Assembly (NCBI GenBank): GCA_903936565.1
Contig: CAIZVZ010000001.1
Location: forward strand, 29,401-93,400
DNA: 64,000 nt
Direction: 5' to 3'
Origin: an uncultured bacterium
GTDB lineage: Bacteria > Patescibacteriota > Minisyncoccia > Phycocordibacterales > CAIZLB01
Shown here piece after piece: positions 17,544 through 26,951 of the stretch; the first letter of the stretch is position 1; every line of letters starts with the position of its first letter. The translations under genes and the position numbers were made by a program. The notes under the pieces were generated by a model. That model was not told the origin of the DNA and did not search any database. It saw nothing but the letters and a program-made list of their open reading frames with translations.

Positions 17544-19484
17544 TTAACTAGCACCACCTCCTCCACCTCCTCCGCCGCCACCTGCACCACCTCCTCCACC
17601 TGAGGCACCACTAGCGCCCGATGAAGCAAAAGCAGATGAGAGACTTGAGCTAAACGAAGTCGAAAATGAAGATGCTGAGAAATTAGCCACACCCCCTGCA
17701 GCAACCCCTGCACCGCCTACATAAGTTCCATGGCCCGCATGTCCATACCAAGCAGGCTCTCCTGTGACAATAGAATCAAAGTTTTTTGCCCATTGCTTCT
17801 CCACCTTAAATATAATTGCATAAGGCAAATATTTTTCAAATATTTCAGGAGTAAGATTTTGCATTCTGTATCGCTCAGCAGTCTCAAGGTACAACTTAAA
17901 GCCCAACCATTCTTCTTTAAAAATTCTTCCCTCCTGTGAAAGTCTTGGGTTATATTTTGTAGATATTACTATTGTAATAATGGCCCATATTGACACAATT
18001 ACCAAACCTAAATATGGAGTTACTGTTTCCTGTTGAGAAATAACAATGAAGAAAAGTACAAAGGCAATAATTGATATCACGTACTGTAAGTCGAATATGG
18101 TTTTCCCATTTATCGGAACTTCATACGCCGAAGATTCATCGAGACTAAGCTCATTAAGAAGCTTCTTCTTTAGCTCAACCATATCTTGATACATCTCCCT
18201 CTTTTCAGTATTGGAAGCCGACTTCATTTTTGACGTGGAGAAACTTTCTCTTCCAGCAAACAAAATCCAAAGAAATCTTTTTTCATAATCATGCAATTTC
18301 TCATCAGATCCTATGTCTTTTAATTTAGTAACTTTATAATCTTTACTTCTCTTGAGAAGAGAATTAATAACAATTATTAAGAAAATAAGTACAATAAATA
18401 ACCCACTGTAATTTGAACCTCCACCTGAACTAAACACCACAAGTGCAACTGTTACTATAAATATTATTAATATTGAAGCAGAAATTATTTTTACAATCTT
18501 AAGGAAACCTAGTGTTTCTTCCTCCACTATTTTTACATAACCCCTAACCGCCAAATCAACAATTGTTGCAGACCACGCTCGGGGAGTACTACTTTCTGTA
18601 ACAATTAGTTCCGCCATAGCCGGTGGAAGGTTATGAGGTGGTTCATACTCAGCAATTACTGTTCCCCTACCCTTCTTTAATTTCTCCTTGAAAAGCCAGA
18701 ACAGAAATAGGAAAATTATTGTACCCAAAAATACAGCCAAAGATGCAAGGTGCGGCCAGTTTTTAGTGAACCAATATTTCCAAAAACTCGATTCATCAAT
18801 AAGACCTTTTGGCCAACCCAGGGCAATTGTAAACGATTGCTTAGGCGAAAACGGTCCCGCTGTGAAATGGTCAAGCGCATTATCAGATTCTTTGTATACT
18901 ATGTGTGAATTATTTGTGGCATCCGTTGTGTAAGTTGTAGCTTTAATATCTGAGGAAACAAAATTGTTGGCAGGCAGATAAATATAAACCGTAGAAGATT
19001 CTATGGGAACATCGTAATTCGTGAAGATATTCCAATAAACTTCATCATGGTCCTTATAAAAACCAAGCCCACCATGTACTTTATATTTTAAAATCCAAAG
19101 ATGATCCGTATTAGCAAGATTATAATACCACTCTACAATCATCTCACCGTTCTGTTTATAATATGTATATTTATTCCAACTTGTTGGTAATAACTTATCA
19201 AGTACCCCTGAAGAATATTGCAGAGGGGTACCCGTCTCTCCGTCCAATACTTCCACGTCTGTTATATCACTCATTCCATTTAGGGGAATATTTCTATAAC
19301 CCTTGTGGTATTCGCCTTTATATGAATAGAGCTGCTTCTCCTCGACAGTAAAGCTTGAATCCTTGTCCACCGTAATATTTGCATCAAAGGATTTATAGTA
19401 ATAGCTTTTGCCTTCTTGCGCAGAAAGATTCCCAAATGATAGCAAGAACAAAAATACTGGAACAACATATAATATCTTTTTCAT
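17544..19484 (-). CDS. DUF2207-like membrane protein with C-terminal poly-Gly/Ser tail
   Basis: Signal peptide, ~230-aa extracellular domain, several TM helices, C-terminal GGGGGAGGGGGGGGGGAS tail encoded by a CCTCC-rich tract at 17547-17640. Confidence 0.55.
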   Translation of the reverse strand: MKKILYVVPVFLFLLSFGNLSAQEGKSYYYKSFDANITVDKDSSFTVEEKQLYSYKGEYHKGYRNIPLNGMSDITDVEVLDGETGTPLQYSSGVLDKLLPTSWNKYTYYKQNGEMIVEWYYNLANTDHLWILKYKVHGGLGFYKDHDEVYWNIFTNYDVPIESSTVYIYLPANNFVSSDIKATTYTTDATNNSHIVYKESDNALDHFTAGPFSPKQSFTIALGWPKGLIDESSFWKYWFTKNWPHLASLAVFLGTIIFLFLFWLFKEKLKKGRGTVIAEYEPPHNLPPAMAELIVTESSTPRAWSATIVDLAVRGYVKIVEEETLGFLKIVKIISASILIIFIVTVALVVFSSGGGSNYSGLFIVLIFLIIVINSLLKRSKDYKVTKLKDIGSDEKLHDYEKRFLWILFAGRESFSTSKMKSASNTEKREMYQDMVELKKKLLNELSLDESSAYEVPINGKTIFDLQYVISIIAFVLFFIVISQQETVTPYLGLVIVSIWAIITIVISTKYNPRLSQEGRIFKEEWLGFKLYLETAERYRMQNLTPEIFEKYLPYAIIFKVEKQWAKNFDSIVTGEPAWYGHAGHGTYVGGAGVAAGGVANFSASSFSTSFSSSLSSAFASSGASGASGGGGGAGGGGGGGGGGAS

Positions 19485-19646
19485 TAATTATAATTTTAAC
19501 ATATAAAATTTGCATTTCATAAGCGATTAACAAGTAATCGATATTAAGAAATTTCGGCAAACAAAAGCCGCCCACCAGGGGTCGATGAACGACTTCTGTT
19601 GGGCGGTGCGAACCGGTTCACGGTGCGCGGACCAATTCAATGATCC

Positions 19647-21452
19647 TTAACATTCAGAACTCTGAGTGTACTGCCGGCAAAGTTCCCGAAACTCGGGGCA
19701 ATTGGCCATCAATTCATCATACGTTCCGCTTGCAATAATTCTACCATTTGCAAACATACAAACTCGATCGAAGAGTGGAAGAAGGTGAAGTTTGTGAATC
19801 GAGGAAATCATGGTTTTACCCGGAAAGCCCTCGAACATATCTCCATATACCCTTCTCTCAGTTCTCACATCGAGACTACTAGTGGGTTCATCAAAAAGCA
19901 ACATTTCCTTATCCGAGTCCGCGCAAGCAAGAAGCCCACGAGCCAAGGCAAGACGTTGCTTCTCGCCACCACTAAGACTTACCCCTTTCTCATTCATCAT
20001 GGAGTCCAAACCCTTCGGTAATCTCGCAATTACATCGGTAAGCCCGGCCATTTCCACATAACGCATAATTTCAGCGTCAGTGTAATCCGCACCAAGCGTG
20101 ATGTTCTCGCGAATAGTCGCAGCGAAAATCTCTGCCTCTTGCGGGACAAGAGTAATCGCTCTAGCAATTCCATCAAAGCCATGAGAAATTTCCCGTCCAT
20201 CCACCGAAAGATTTAATGACGATGGGTGATAAAGATTACGCATGACCTTGAGGAATGTAGTTTTACCACTACCACTCTCTCCTACTACAGCAATTTTTTC
20301 ACCGCTCCTAATCTCCAGCGACACGTCATCCAAGTGGAGCCTCGACGACTCCCCTACGTCTCCGTAGGAGAATGACAAATTACTAATACTGAGGCTTTGC
20401 CAACCTTTTGGCAATACGTGATTCGAAAAGCTCTCATCACGAAACGCACTGGAAAGCTCTTCGGCGTTTGACACGCTTGCTCGACGCATAACCGTATCGC
20501 TGTACAAGTAATTAAACCTGCTGAAGATGTCACTCATGTTACCTAGATACTTGTACAGCAAAAATACCTCTCCAAACAATGTACCACCTTTTGCGCCGAT
20601 GTGACTTAGAAAATACGCACCAAGGACTATTGCCACCATACTCGAGCAACACATTGAACTGACAAACCATTTGATTTCATTCAGCTGACTATTTCTCCTA
20701 AACAACGCATATGGCGCTTCTGTCTTCTTAACAATCGCATTAAAGACAAGCTTCTCTACACGAAGGACAATGACTGTCACAACATTGGCGATTGCATCGA
20801 CAATACTTGCGGAAATCTTGTTATCGTTTTGATTCAGCTCACGATATTGGACTATCAGTATTCTATCAAAGCGCATTACGATCCAGAACGTGAACACCAT
20901 CATGATGACCACGACAGCCGCCGATGGTGGAAACAGAACAGCAAGCGCGATGAAGCTCCCGAAGAATCGTACAAGCGCATAAATAATTTCGAACGAGTTT
21001 TTCGTAAACTGATACAAGGCTTGAATGCCCTTCTCAATCTTGTCGATAATCCCTCCCGAATGCTGACCAGCATGCCATTCCAGTGGAAGCGTAAAAATAC
21101 CTCGAAGGAGGTGCTTCCTATATGCAAGACGGACCTTGAATCCGTTCCCGGTTTCCATCACCCTTGCAGGGCCGTGCATAAGCCAAAAGAAAGCCATTGC
21201 ACCGACGGTTCCAGTTAACAACAGAAGTAGAGGGCGAATGTTGTCATTCGTTATTCCCTCACTCTGAATGATATTCATAATCTTGGCCCAAATCTGCGGC
21301 ATGACAACAACATCAAAAGTCTCCGCGAGGATAAAGATTATCCAAACGAAAAGAACAATTTTTCTGTTGCCTACCGAATAGTGCCAAGCCTCTTTGAAGA
21401 GGTACGCGAGCGGATTAAGCCCACCTTTTTTAGACTTAGTTTTCGATTTCAT
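19647..21452 (-). CDS. ABC transporter, fused permease/ATP-binding (exporter type)
   Basis: Six N-terminal TM helices; Walker A GESGSGKTT, signature LSGGEKQRLALARGLL, Walker B LLFDEPTSSLD. Confidence 0.88.
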   Translation of the reverse strand: MKSKTKSKKGGLNPLAYLFKEAWHYSVGNRKIVLFVWIIFILAETFDVVVMPQIWAKIMNIIQSEGITNDNIRPLLLLLTGTVGAMAFFWLMHGPARVMETGNGFKVRLAYRKHLLRGIFTLPLEWHAGQHSGGIIDKIEKGIQALYQFTKNSFEIIYALVRFFGSFIALAVLFPPSAAVVVIMMVFTFWIVMRFDRILIVQYRELNQNDNKISASIVDAIANVVTVIVLRVEKLVFNAIVKKTEAPYALFRRNSQLNEIKWFVSSMCCSSMVAIVLGAYFLSHIGAKGGTLFGEVFLLYKYLGNMSDIFSRFNYLYSDTVMRRASVSNAEELSSAFRDESFSNHVLPKGWQSLSISNLSFSYGDVGESSRLHLDDVSLEIRSGEKIAVVGESGSGKTTFLKVMRNLYHPSSLNLSVDGREISHGFDGIARAITLVPQEAEIFAATIRENITLGADYTDAEIMRYVEMAGLTDVIARLPKGLDSMMNEKGVSLSGGEKQRLALARGLLACADSDKEMLLFDEPTSSLDVRTERRVYGDMFEGFPGKTMISSIHKLHLLPLFDRVCMFANGRIIASGTYDELMANCPEFRELCRQYTQSSEC

Positions 21453-21572
21453 TTTCTACCGATTCCTTTCTGTTTTGTTGTTTGTGTGTTTGTATTGAAT
21501 TAAAAAGAGCTGAAAGAACTAAAAACACCGCTTTTACGCGGTGTTTTTATTATTTAAAGATATGGTTGATCT

Positions 21573-21710
21573 TTAAATCCTTTGAACACAGCGTAATTTC
21601 CCAATATTAGATAGAGGTGCTGAATAACCGTTATAAGACACAGCAAAATAAGCGCGATCATTTTGACTGTCGTGTATCGAAATATTGAATTGATTTTGCG
21701 TTTTTGTCAT
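21573..21710 (-). CDS. possible 45-aa small protein (MTKTQNQFNISIHDSQNDRAYFAVSYNGYSAPLSNIGKLRCVQRI) followed by a hairpin terminator
   Basis: Only ORF in a 535-bp intergenic region; hairpin aaaacaccgc-tttta-gcggtgtttt downstream at ~21520-21548; too short for composition evidence. Confidence 0.2.
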   Translation of the reverse strand: MTKTQNQFNISIHDSQNDRAYFAVSYNGYSAPLSNIGKLRCVQRI

Positions 21711-21987
21711 GGCTAATAATAGTTAATAATGGTTGTAGCATCTAATAAATGTCAATAGTCTAGGTTTTTAGGGCCTATACATAGTAATTTATGAGTCGAC
21801 TAGCAAATATTAAGACGTGGATGGGGCTGGATTATTACAAATATAAAAGCGACTTATCTTGACATAAGTCTAATCATATGTGAATATGTTACTGGATTGA
21901 AATCTTCACCTTGCTCTCCACAACAACATTCAATGGTTTTAAACAAACCAGAGCAAGGTTCTCACAAGCACGCTACCAAATAATCAG

Positions 21988-22512
21988 ATGAAGAAAATCA
22001 GAACACTCAAACCTGGCACCGTTTGTCGGGATAAAGCCACCGAACTCGATGGGACGATCACCCACTGGCTCTGCAACATGGGTCATGGGATTGAATACAT
22101 CTTTCAGCCCAAAGGCCTGAATGAATTTGGTCAACCCCTGCCGTGGATAAGGTTGGAATTAGAGCGGCTCGAAACCACGGACGATATGTTCGAGGAGGTC
22201 GATGTCCCTGTAGAAATCCTCGCCAGTCAAGTTACCGACAACGCCAGCGGCTTTACTGGTATGGCCGTGGGATTCGTCCGTCACATCAACGGATGCTTCC
22301 ACGTTGCCATCCAGCCGAAGGGCGTCCTGGAGAAGACAAAGACGCCAGTGAAACGGCTCGATTTTGACCTTCGCCAATGTAGCGGAGAGATGATCACCAA
22401 GATGACCGAAGAAGAGCTGGCGGCCAGTAAGCTGTCAAGGCCTTCTCCCGCTGGATGCGTCACTGATGACGGTCTTCCGTCGTCTTGCTCAAACACAGGC
22501 TTCTCGGAGTAA
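21988..22512 (+). CDS. hypothetical protein, GC-rich islet
   Basis: 174 aa, no TM, GC clearly above flanking DNA, own strong terminator. Confidence 0.4.
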   Translation: MKKIRTLKPGTVCRDKATELDGTITHWLCNMGHGIEYIFQPKGLNEFGQPLPWIRLELERLETTDDMFEEVDVPVEILASQVTDNASGFTGMAVGFVRHINGCFHVAIQPKGVLEKTKTPVKRLDFDLRQCSGEMITKMTEEELAASKLSRPSPAGCVTDDGLPSSCSNTGFSE

Positions 22513-22533
22513 CAACTCCGACGAAACCAAAAC

Positions 22534-22575
22534 AAGGCCGCTCCAGCCAGGAGCGGCCTTCCTTGTTATTTATTT
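22534..22575. terminator. bidirectional rho-independent terminator (11-bp stem aaggccgctcc/ggagcggcctt)
   Basis: Perfect 11-bp stem, T-rich on both sides; between convergent 21988..22512(+) and 22590..24899(-). Confidence 0.6.
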
Positions 22576-22589
22576 GTATTTACCGATTG

Positions 22590-24899
22590 TTATAGTGATG
22601 TCTTAACAACAGACATTGTTTTTGGTCCAAAATAACCCGAGGCAGGCGTTATCTTATTTGCCTTTTGATACTTAATTAAAGCAGCTTTTGTTGCTGGTCC
22701 AAATTTAGCACTTTCCTTACCTTTTGATCCAACGCCACTTTTTGCAACAAGAAACTTATTGTTATTTAAAAATTGTTGAAGCATCTTTACATCTTGTCCT
22801 GTCATGCCAAGTTTTAAATCACGTAAGAAAGACGCTTGTGATGATTGTAAATCAGATGATGAACTATATCTACAAAGCGCCGGTGAACTTGATGCAAAAA
22901 ATTCGTAGTTTAATGCTTTTGGATCTTTACATCCGTATATGATACTACCCGAAGAAGACTGGCCAAACGTTTGAGTTGAAACTGCAGGTTGAGCACTAAC
23001 ATTTATTGCAAAGGTTGCTGCAATACTATGTGCTGTTGTGACGTTAGTAAATCCATAAGAAGCAACCGGTCCAACAGAAACACCGTCAATCAATACATCC
23101 ACAGTGTGGTAGTTAGCTGATGGAGTAATGGTATAAACTTGAGAAGCACCATCATCTAGTGACGTTACCCCACTTGGACTAATCGTACCATTTGGTCCAG
23201 CTGATATAGTGATGGTGTGAGCAGTGGGAGAATTATAACGAGAGAGGTAAACATGAGAAACAAAGGCACTATTGTATTGTGGATATGTTACGTAAATATT
23301 ATTAGTTAAGTCCACTGCTATTTGAGGTGAGGAAACTGGATGAGCTACACCGAGGTCAATTGGAGTACCACTAGCAAAAGTATTGGTCCACGCAGACGCA
23401 TCACCATTCCAAATCCTAACATCTGTTCCATCATAACGTGAAAGATATATTTGGGGGTATGGATTAACGTTGGTATATTGCTGGTAAGTTACATAAACCT
23501 TACCATTTGTGTCTATAGCCAATTGAGGTACGGTTGCATCTTTTACTATACCCGTATCTATTGGATCACCATTCGCAAAAGTTGTGGTCCACGTAGATGC
23601 ACCGTTATCCCAAATCCTAACATCAGTACCATTATAACGTGAAAGGTAAATATGATTTTTTGTACCATTTGACTGATAATAAGTTACATAAACTCTACCG
23701 GTTGAATCTACTGCAACTTGGGGTGTGATCGCGCTTTGAGCTATACCTGTATCTATTGGAGTACCATTTGCAAAAGCTGTGGTCCATGATGAAGTGTTAC
23801 CGTCCCAGATTCTAACGTCGGTGCCATCATATCTAGAAAGATACACATGTAGATTAGAGCCATTACTCTGCTGATAAGTTATATAAACCCTACCCGCTCC
23901 GTCAACAGCCAATTGATTAGAATAAGCATCGTTTGCAGTACCGGTGTCTATAGGATCACCGTTAGCAAAAGTCGTGGTCCAAGATGAAGAATTACTATCC
24001 CAAATTCTAACATCAGTACCATCATAACGTGAAAGGTAGATGTGACTTTTAGCGCCATCTGATTGAGAATAAACTAAATAAACTTTGTTGGTTGAATCTA
24101 CAATTAGCTGTGGTTCAGAAGAACTATTAGCTGTACCCGTATCTACCGGAGTACCACTAGCAAAAGTATTGGTCCACGCAGACGCATCACCATTCCAAAT
24201 CCTAACATCTGTTCCATCGTAACGGGAAAGGTAGATATGAGTACTTACACCGTCAAATTGAAAATATGTTAAATAAACTTTATTATTTGAATCAATAGCC
24301 AACTGCGCAGAGCTAGCAGAGCTCGATATACCTGTATCTATTGGAGTACCATTTGCAAAAGTTGTGGTCCATAATGAAGTGTTACCATCCCAAATTCTAA
24401 CGTCTGTGCCATTATATCGGGAAAGATAAATATGGGTCACGAAACTGACTGTCTGTTGATAAATGACATAGACATTGTTATTGGCATCAATTGCCAATTG
24501 AGGTGCATTAGCATTATTTGCTGTGCCAAGGTCAATTGGAGTACCGCTAGCGAAGTTATTTGTCCATGCAGATGCGTCACCATTCCATATTTTAACATCC
24601 GTGCCGTCATGACGAGAAAGGTAGATGTGACTTGCGGAACCATTGGACTGTTGGAAAACAGTATATACCCTACCGTTTGAATCTGTAGCAACCTGAGGTG
24701 TTAATGCATTTTGAGCTATACCAGTATCTACTGGAGTACCGCTAGCCAAGGTATTTGTCCATGCGGATGCGTCACTATTCCAAATCTGCACAGATGAACT
24801 CGCCGCTGCCTTTGATGAGATTCCAAAAAATATAAAAACTGACACTAGTAAAATAATAGTAAATTTCTTATTCAACACCAAGGATGATATTTTAGACAT
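22590..24899 (-). CDS. cell-wall-associated repeat protein: signal peptide, ~10 tandem ~48-aa repeats, InlB-B-repeat-like domain, C-terminal peptidoglycan-binding (PG_binding_1-like) domain
   Basis: Repeat consensus IWNGDASAWTNTFASGTPIDTG....PQLAIDS.NKVYVTYQQS.G...HIYLSRYDGTDVR; TISAGPNGTISP...YTITPSANY; C-terminal GMTGQDVKMLQQFLN...ATKAALIKYQKANKI. Confidence 0.7.
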   Translation of the reverse strand: MSKISSLVLNKKFTIILLVSVFIFFGISSKAAASSSVQIWNSDASAWTNTLASGTPVDTGIAQNALTPQVATDSNGRVYTVFQQSNGSASHIYLSRHDGTDVKIWNGDASAWTNNFASGTPIDLGTANNANAPQLAIDANNNVYVIYQQTVSFVTHIYLSRYNGTDVRIWDGNTSLWTTTFANGTPIDTGISSSASSAQLAIDSNNKVYLTYFQFDGVSTHIYLSRYDGTDVRIWNGDASAWTNTFASGTPVDTGTANSSSEPQLIVDSTNKVYLVYSQSDGAKSHIYLSRYDGTDVRIWDSNSSSWTTTFANGDPIDTGTANDAYSNQLAVDGAGRVYITYQQSNGSNLHVYLSRYDGTDVRIWDGNTSSWTTAFANGTPIDTGIAQSAITPQVAVDSTGRVYVTYYQSNGTKNHIYLSRYNGTDVRIWDNGASTWTTTFANGDPIDTGIVKDATVPQLAIDTNGKVYVTYQQYTNVNPYPQIYLSRYDGTDVRIWNGDASAWTNTFASGTPIDLGVAHPVSSPQIAVDLTNNIYVTYPQYNSAFVSHVYLSRYNSPTAHTITISAGPNGTISPSGVTSLDDGASQVYTITPSANYHTVDVLIDGVSVGPVASYGFTNVTTAHSIAATFAINVSAQPAVSTQTFGQSSSGSIIYGCKDPKALNYEFFASSSPALCRYSSSSDLQSSQASFLRDLKLGMTGQDVKMLQQFLNNNKFLVAKSGVGSKGKESAKFGPATKAALIKYQKANKITPASGYFGPKTMSVVKTSL
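23324..24791. repeat. ~144-bp coding tandem repeats (~10 copies) within 22590..24899
   Basis: Recurrent near-identical DNA blocks (e.g. gcaaaagt(t/c)gtggtcca...tcccaaattctaacatc) matching the 48-aa protein repeat. Confidence 0.6.
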
Positions 24900-24976
24900 T
24901 AGATTAATTATACTGCAATGAACCTATCTCTACTACTATACGACTGTGGACAAGATTCATGCTAAGCTGATTATAA

Positions 24977-26113
24977 TTATTGCACAAAAGGCACTTCTTT
25001 CTGATTCTGTATTACATATTCCGTGAAGAATGGGCCACCTGTAACATCCCCATTCTTATCGAAACCAAATGTTCCGTTAACTCCATTGTAATCTTTAACT
25101 CCATATAGATAGTTTTTAATCTTACCCGAGTCATATCCAACCGCCTTAATTGCATTCATTGTCACATTTGCACGATCAAAGGATAAGCCAAGTAAGGTTG
25201 CATTAACTGGTTTAGATCCAAACTTTTGTTGATATTTAGAAATTAAATCTTCCAAGGCTGGTGAATTTTTAACACCATCACTCAACACTACCCCCTCGAG
25301 ATAAGTGCCACCAACAGCAAATGAATCTGGAGTTCCTAACGAAAAGTTACCATGAATTTTACCAGTAAACCCAGCCTGTCTAAGTTGCTTAACCAAAAGT
25401 GCTCCTGGTTTTCCTGAACTACCTGGACACACATAAACGACATCGGCTCCACCTTCTTTAATCTTCATTACAACATCTCTAAAATCAGTTGTTTTTCCTT
25501 CAAAGTTTTGATCAAAAACAATTTGAACATTATTTGCATTAAAGTTTTCTACCATTATCTTACGCACACCCTGTGCATAATCATTATTCTCTGAAATTAG
25601 GGCTACTTTTTTGAAACCTCCTTTTACGATTACATTCGCATCGAGTTTGGCAACATCTGAATCAGATGGTCCGTTTCTAAATACATAATCTCCAGAGTTT
25701 GCAATAGCCGGATTAGAAGAAAACGAAGAAAATAATATTACTTTATTTTGTTCTGCGATTGGAGCAATAGCTAAAGTTTCGGAACTACAAATACCGCCAA
25801 GAATTAACTTAACCTTATCTACATTAATTAGTTTTGAGGCGGCTGTGAGTGCGTCCTTTCCATTACATTTTCCATCTTCATAAATGACTTGGACTTGCCT
25901 GCCGTTAATACCCCCTTCAGCATTTATTTTATTTACAACTGTTTCTGTTGAGTATTTTTCAGTCTCACCATAAACTGCAGCGTCCCCAGAAAGTGGACCA
26001 ATATACCCTATTTTAATTGGACCCTTATCATTTAAATTATTTTTTCCACCAATTATTATTACTAAAATAATCAAAATTATTACCCCTGCTACAATCCAAA
26101 AATTTTTCTTCAT
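24977..26113 (-). CDS. ABC-type branched-chain amino acid (Leu/Ile/Val) substrate-binding protein family (Peripla_BP_6-like), membrane-anchored
   Basis: N-terminal TM anchor, IKIGYIGPLSGDAAVYGE...INAEGGINGRQV...EDGKCNG pattern typical of LivJ/K-type SBPs. Confidence 0.72.
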   Translation of the reverse strand: MKKNFWIVAGVIILIILVIIIGGKNNLNDKGPIKIGYIGPLSGDAAVYGETEKYSTETVVNKINAEGGINGRQVQVIYEDGKCNGKDALTAASKLINVDKVKLILGGICSSETLAIAPIAEQNKVILFSSFSSNPAIANSGDYVFRNGPSDSDVAKLDANVIVKGGFKKVALISENNDYAQGVRKIMVENFNANNVQIVFDQNFEGKTTDFRDVVMKIKEGGADVVYVCPGSSGKPGALLVKQLRQAGFTGKIHGNFSLGTPDSFAVGGTYLEGVVLSDGVKNSPALEDLISKYQQKFGSKPVNATLLGLSFDRANVTMNAIKAVGYDSGKIKNYLYGVKDYNGVNGTFGFDKNGDVTGGPFFTEYVIQNQKEVPFVQ

Positions 26114-26282
26114 ATGGAGGAATTATATCATGAACATTAGCCAGGTGTCATTGCATCAAAAAAACCCAGATGTCGGACCCGACATAACCCACCCCCCCCC
26201 TTACTTGGGACAGTTAATTGACAAAACTAAAGGGTCGCCGCTGAAACGGACGACCCTAGGGTTAAAATTAGTGATAGCTCTT

Positions 26283-26804
26283 TCAGGAGCCCTTCAGTAT
26301 CATCTCGTATATTGAGGTCGCAATGACCAACACTACGAGAGTAATACTTACTGTGTTGATGATAAATGGAATGATTTTTGTGAGCGGTTGCTCATTAAAC
26401 TCCTCCCACCAATCATAATAGTCTTCTTTCAGGTACCCGCAGCCAATAGCATCATATATGTATTTGATCCCATGGTAAGCGAATACAACAGTAATCATAA
26501 TTGACGGAACTCCAATGAGTAAGGCGGTTAAACCGTTTGTAAAGAAAAATGTTTGACCACCCTCTTTACATAAAGAAGACTCGTACTTATTCAGAATTAT
26601 CCACACCAGAGTTAGGGCAATCACGGAAACCAGATGCTTGAGTGACTGATTGACCTGATGAGAATTAAGCTGATAAGTTACATTAACAAAGAGCGGAGAC
26701 GTTTTCATACCTTTATAATTTAACCATGGATAACACATTTTGTCAATCATACCTACTTGAATTCTAATCTGAATCACAACAATCTCCAATTCAATAACCT
26801 CCAT
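26283..26804 (-). CDS. integral membrane protein, hypothetical
   Basis: 173 aa, 4-5 hydrophobic helices. Confidence 0.4.
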   Translation of the reverse strand: MEVIELEIVVIQIRIQVGMIDKMCYPWLNYKGMKTSPLFVNVTYQLNSHQVNQSLKHLVSVIALTLVWIILNKYESSLCKEGGQTFFFTNGLTALLIGVPSIMITVVFAYHGIKYIYDAIGCGYLKEDYYDWWEEFNEQPLTKIIPFIINTVSITLVVLVIATSIYEMILKGS

Positions 26805-26841
26805 GGAACGAAAAAAACCGCCGAAGCGGTTTTCTTTTCTA

Positions 26842-26917
26842 TGGTGGACCCGACAGGACTCGAACCTGCCACCCCCTCAGTGCAAGTGAGGTGCTCTACC
26901 AGATGAGCTACGGGCCC
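26842..26917 (-). tRNA. tRNA-Ala (anticodon UGC), CCA encoded
   Basis: Minus-strand sequence GGGCCCGUAGCUCAUCUGGUAGAGCACCUCACUUGCACUGAGGGGGUGGCAGGUUCGAGUCCUGUCGGGUCCACCA folds as a 76-nt cloverleaf; G3:U70 Ala identity pair; anticodon loop CUUGCAC; T-loop UUCGAGU. Confidence 0.9.
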
Positions 26918-26951
26918 GTTTGTTTATTTAATTGTTGAAAGCATTATAGCT

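Noticed and set aside
26130-26315. 61-aa ORF over the poly-C tract between the SBP and membrane-protein genes
   Set aside because: Contains the C10 homopolymer and two hairpins; looks intergenic and regulatory, not coding.
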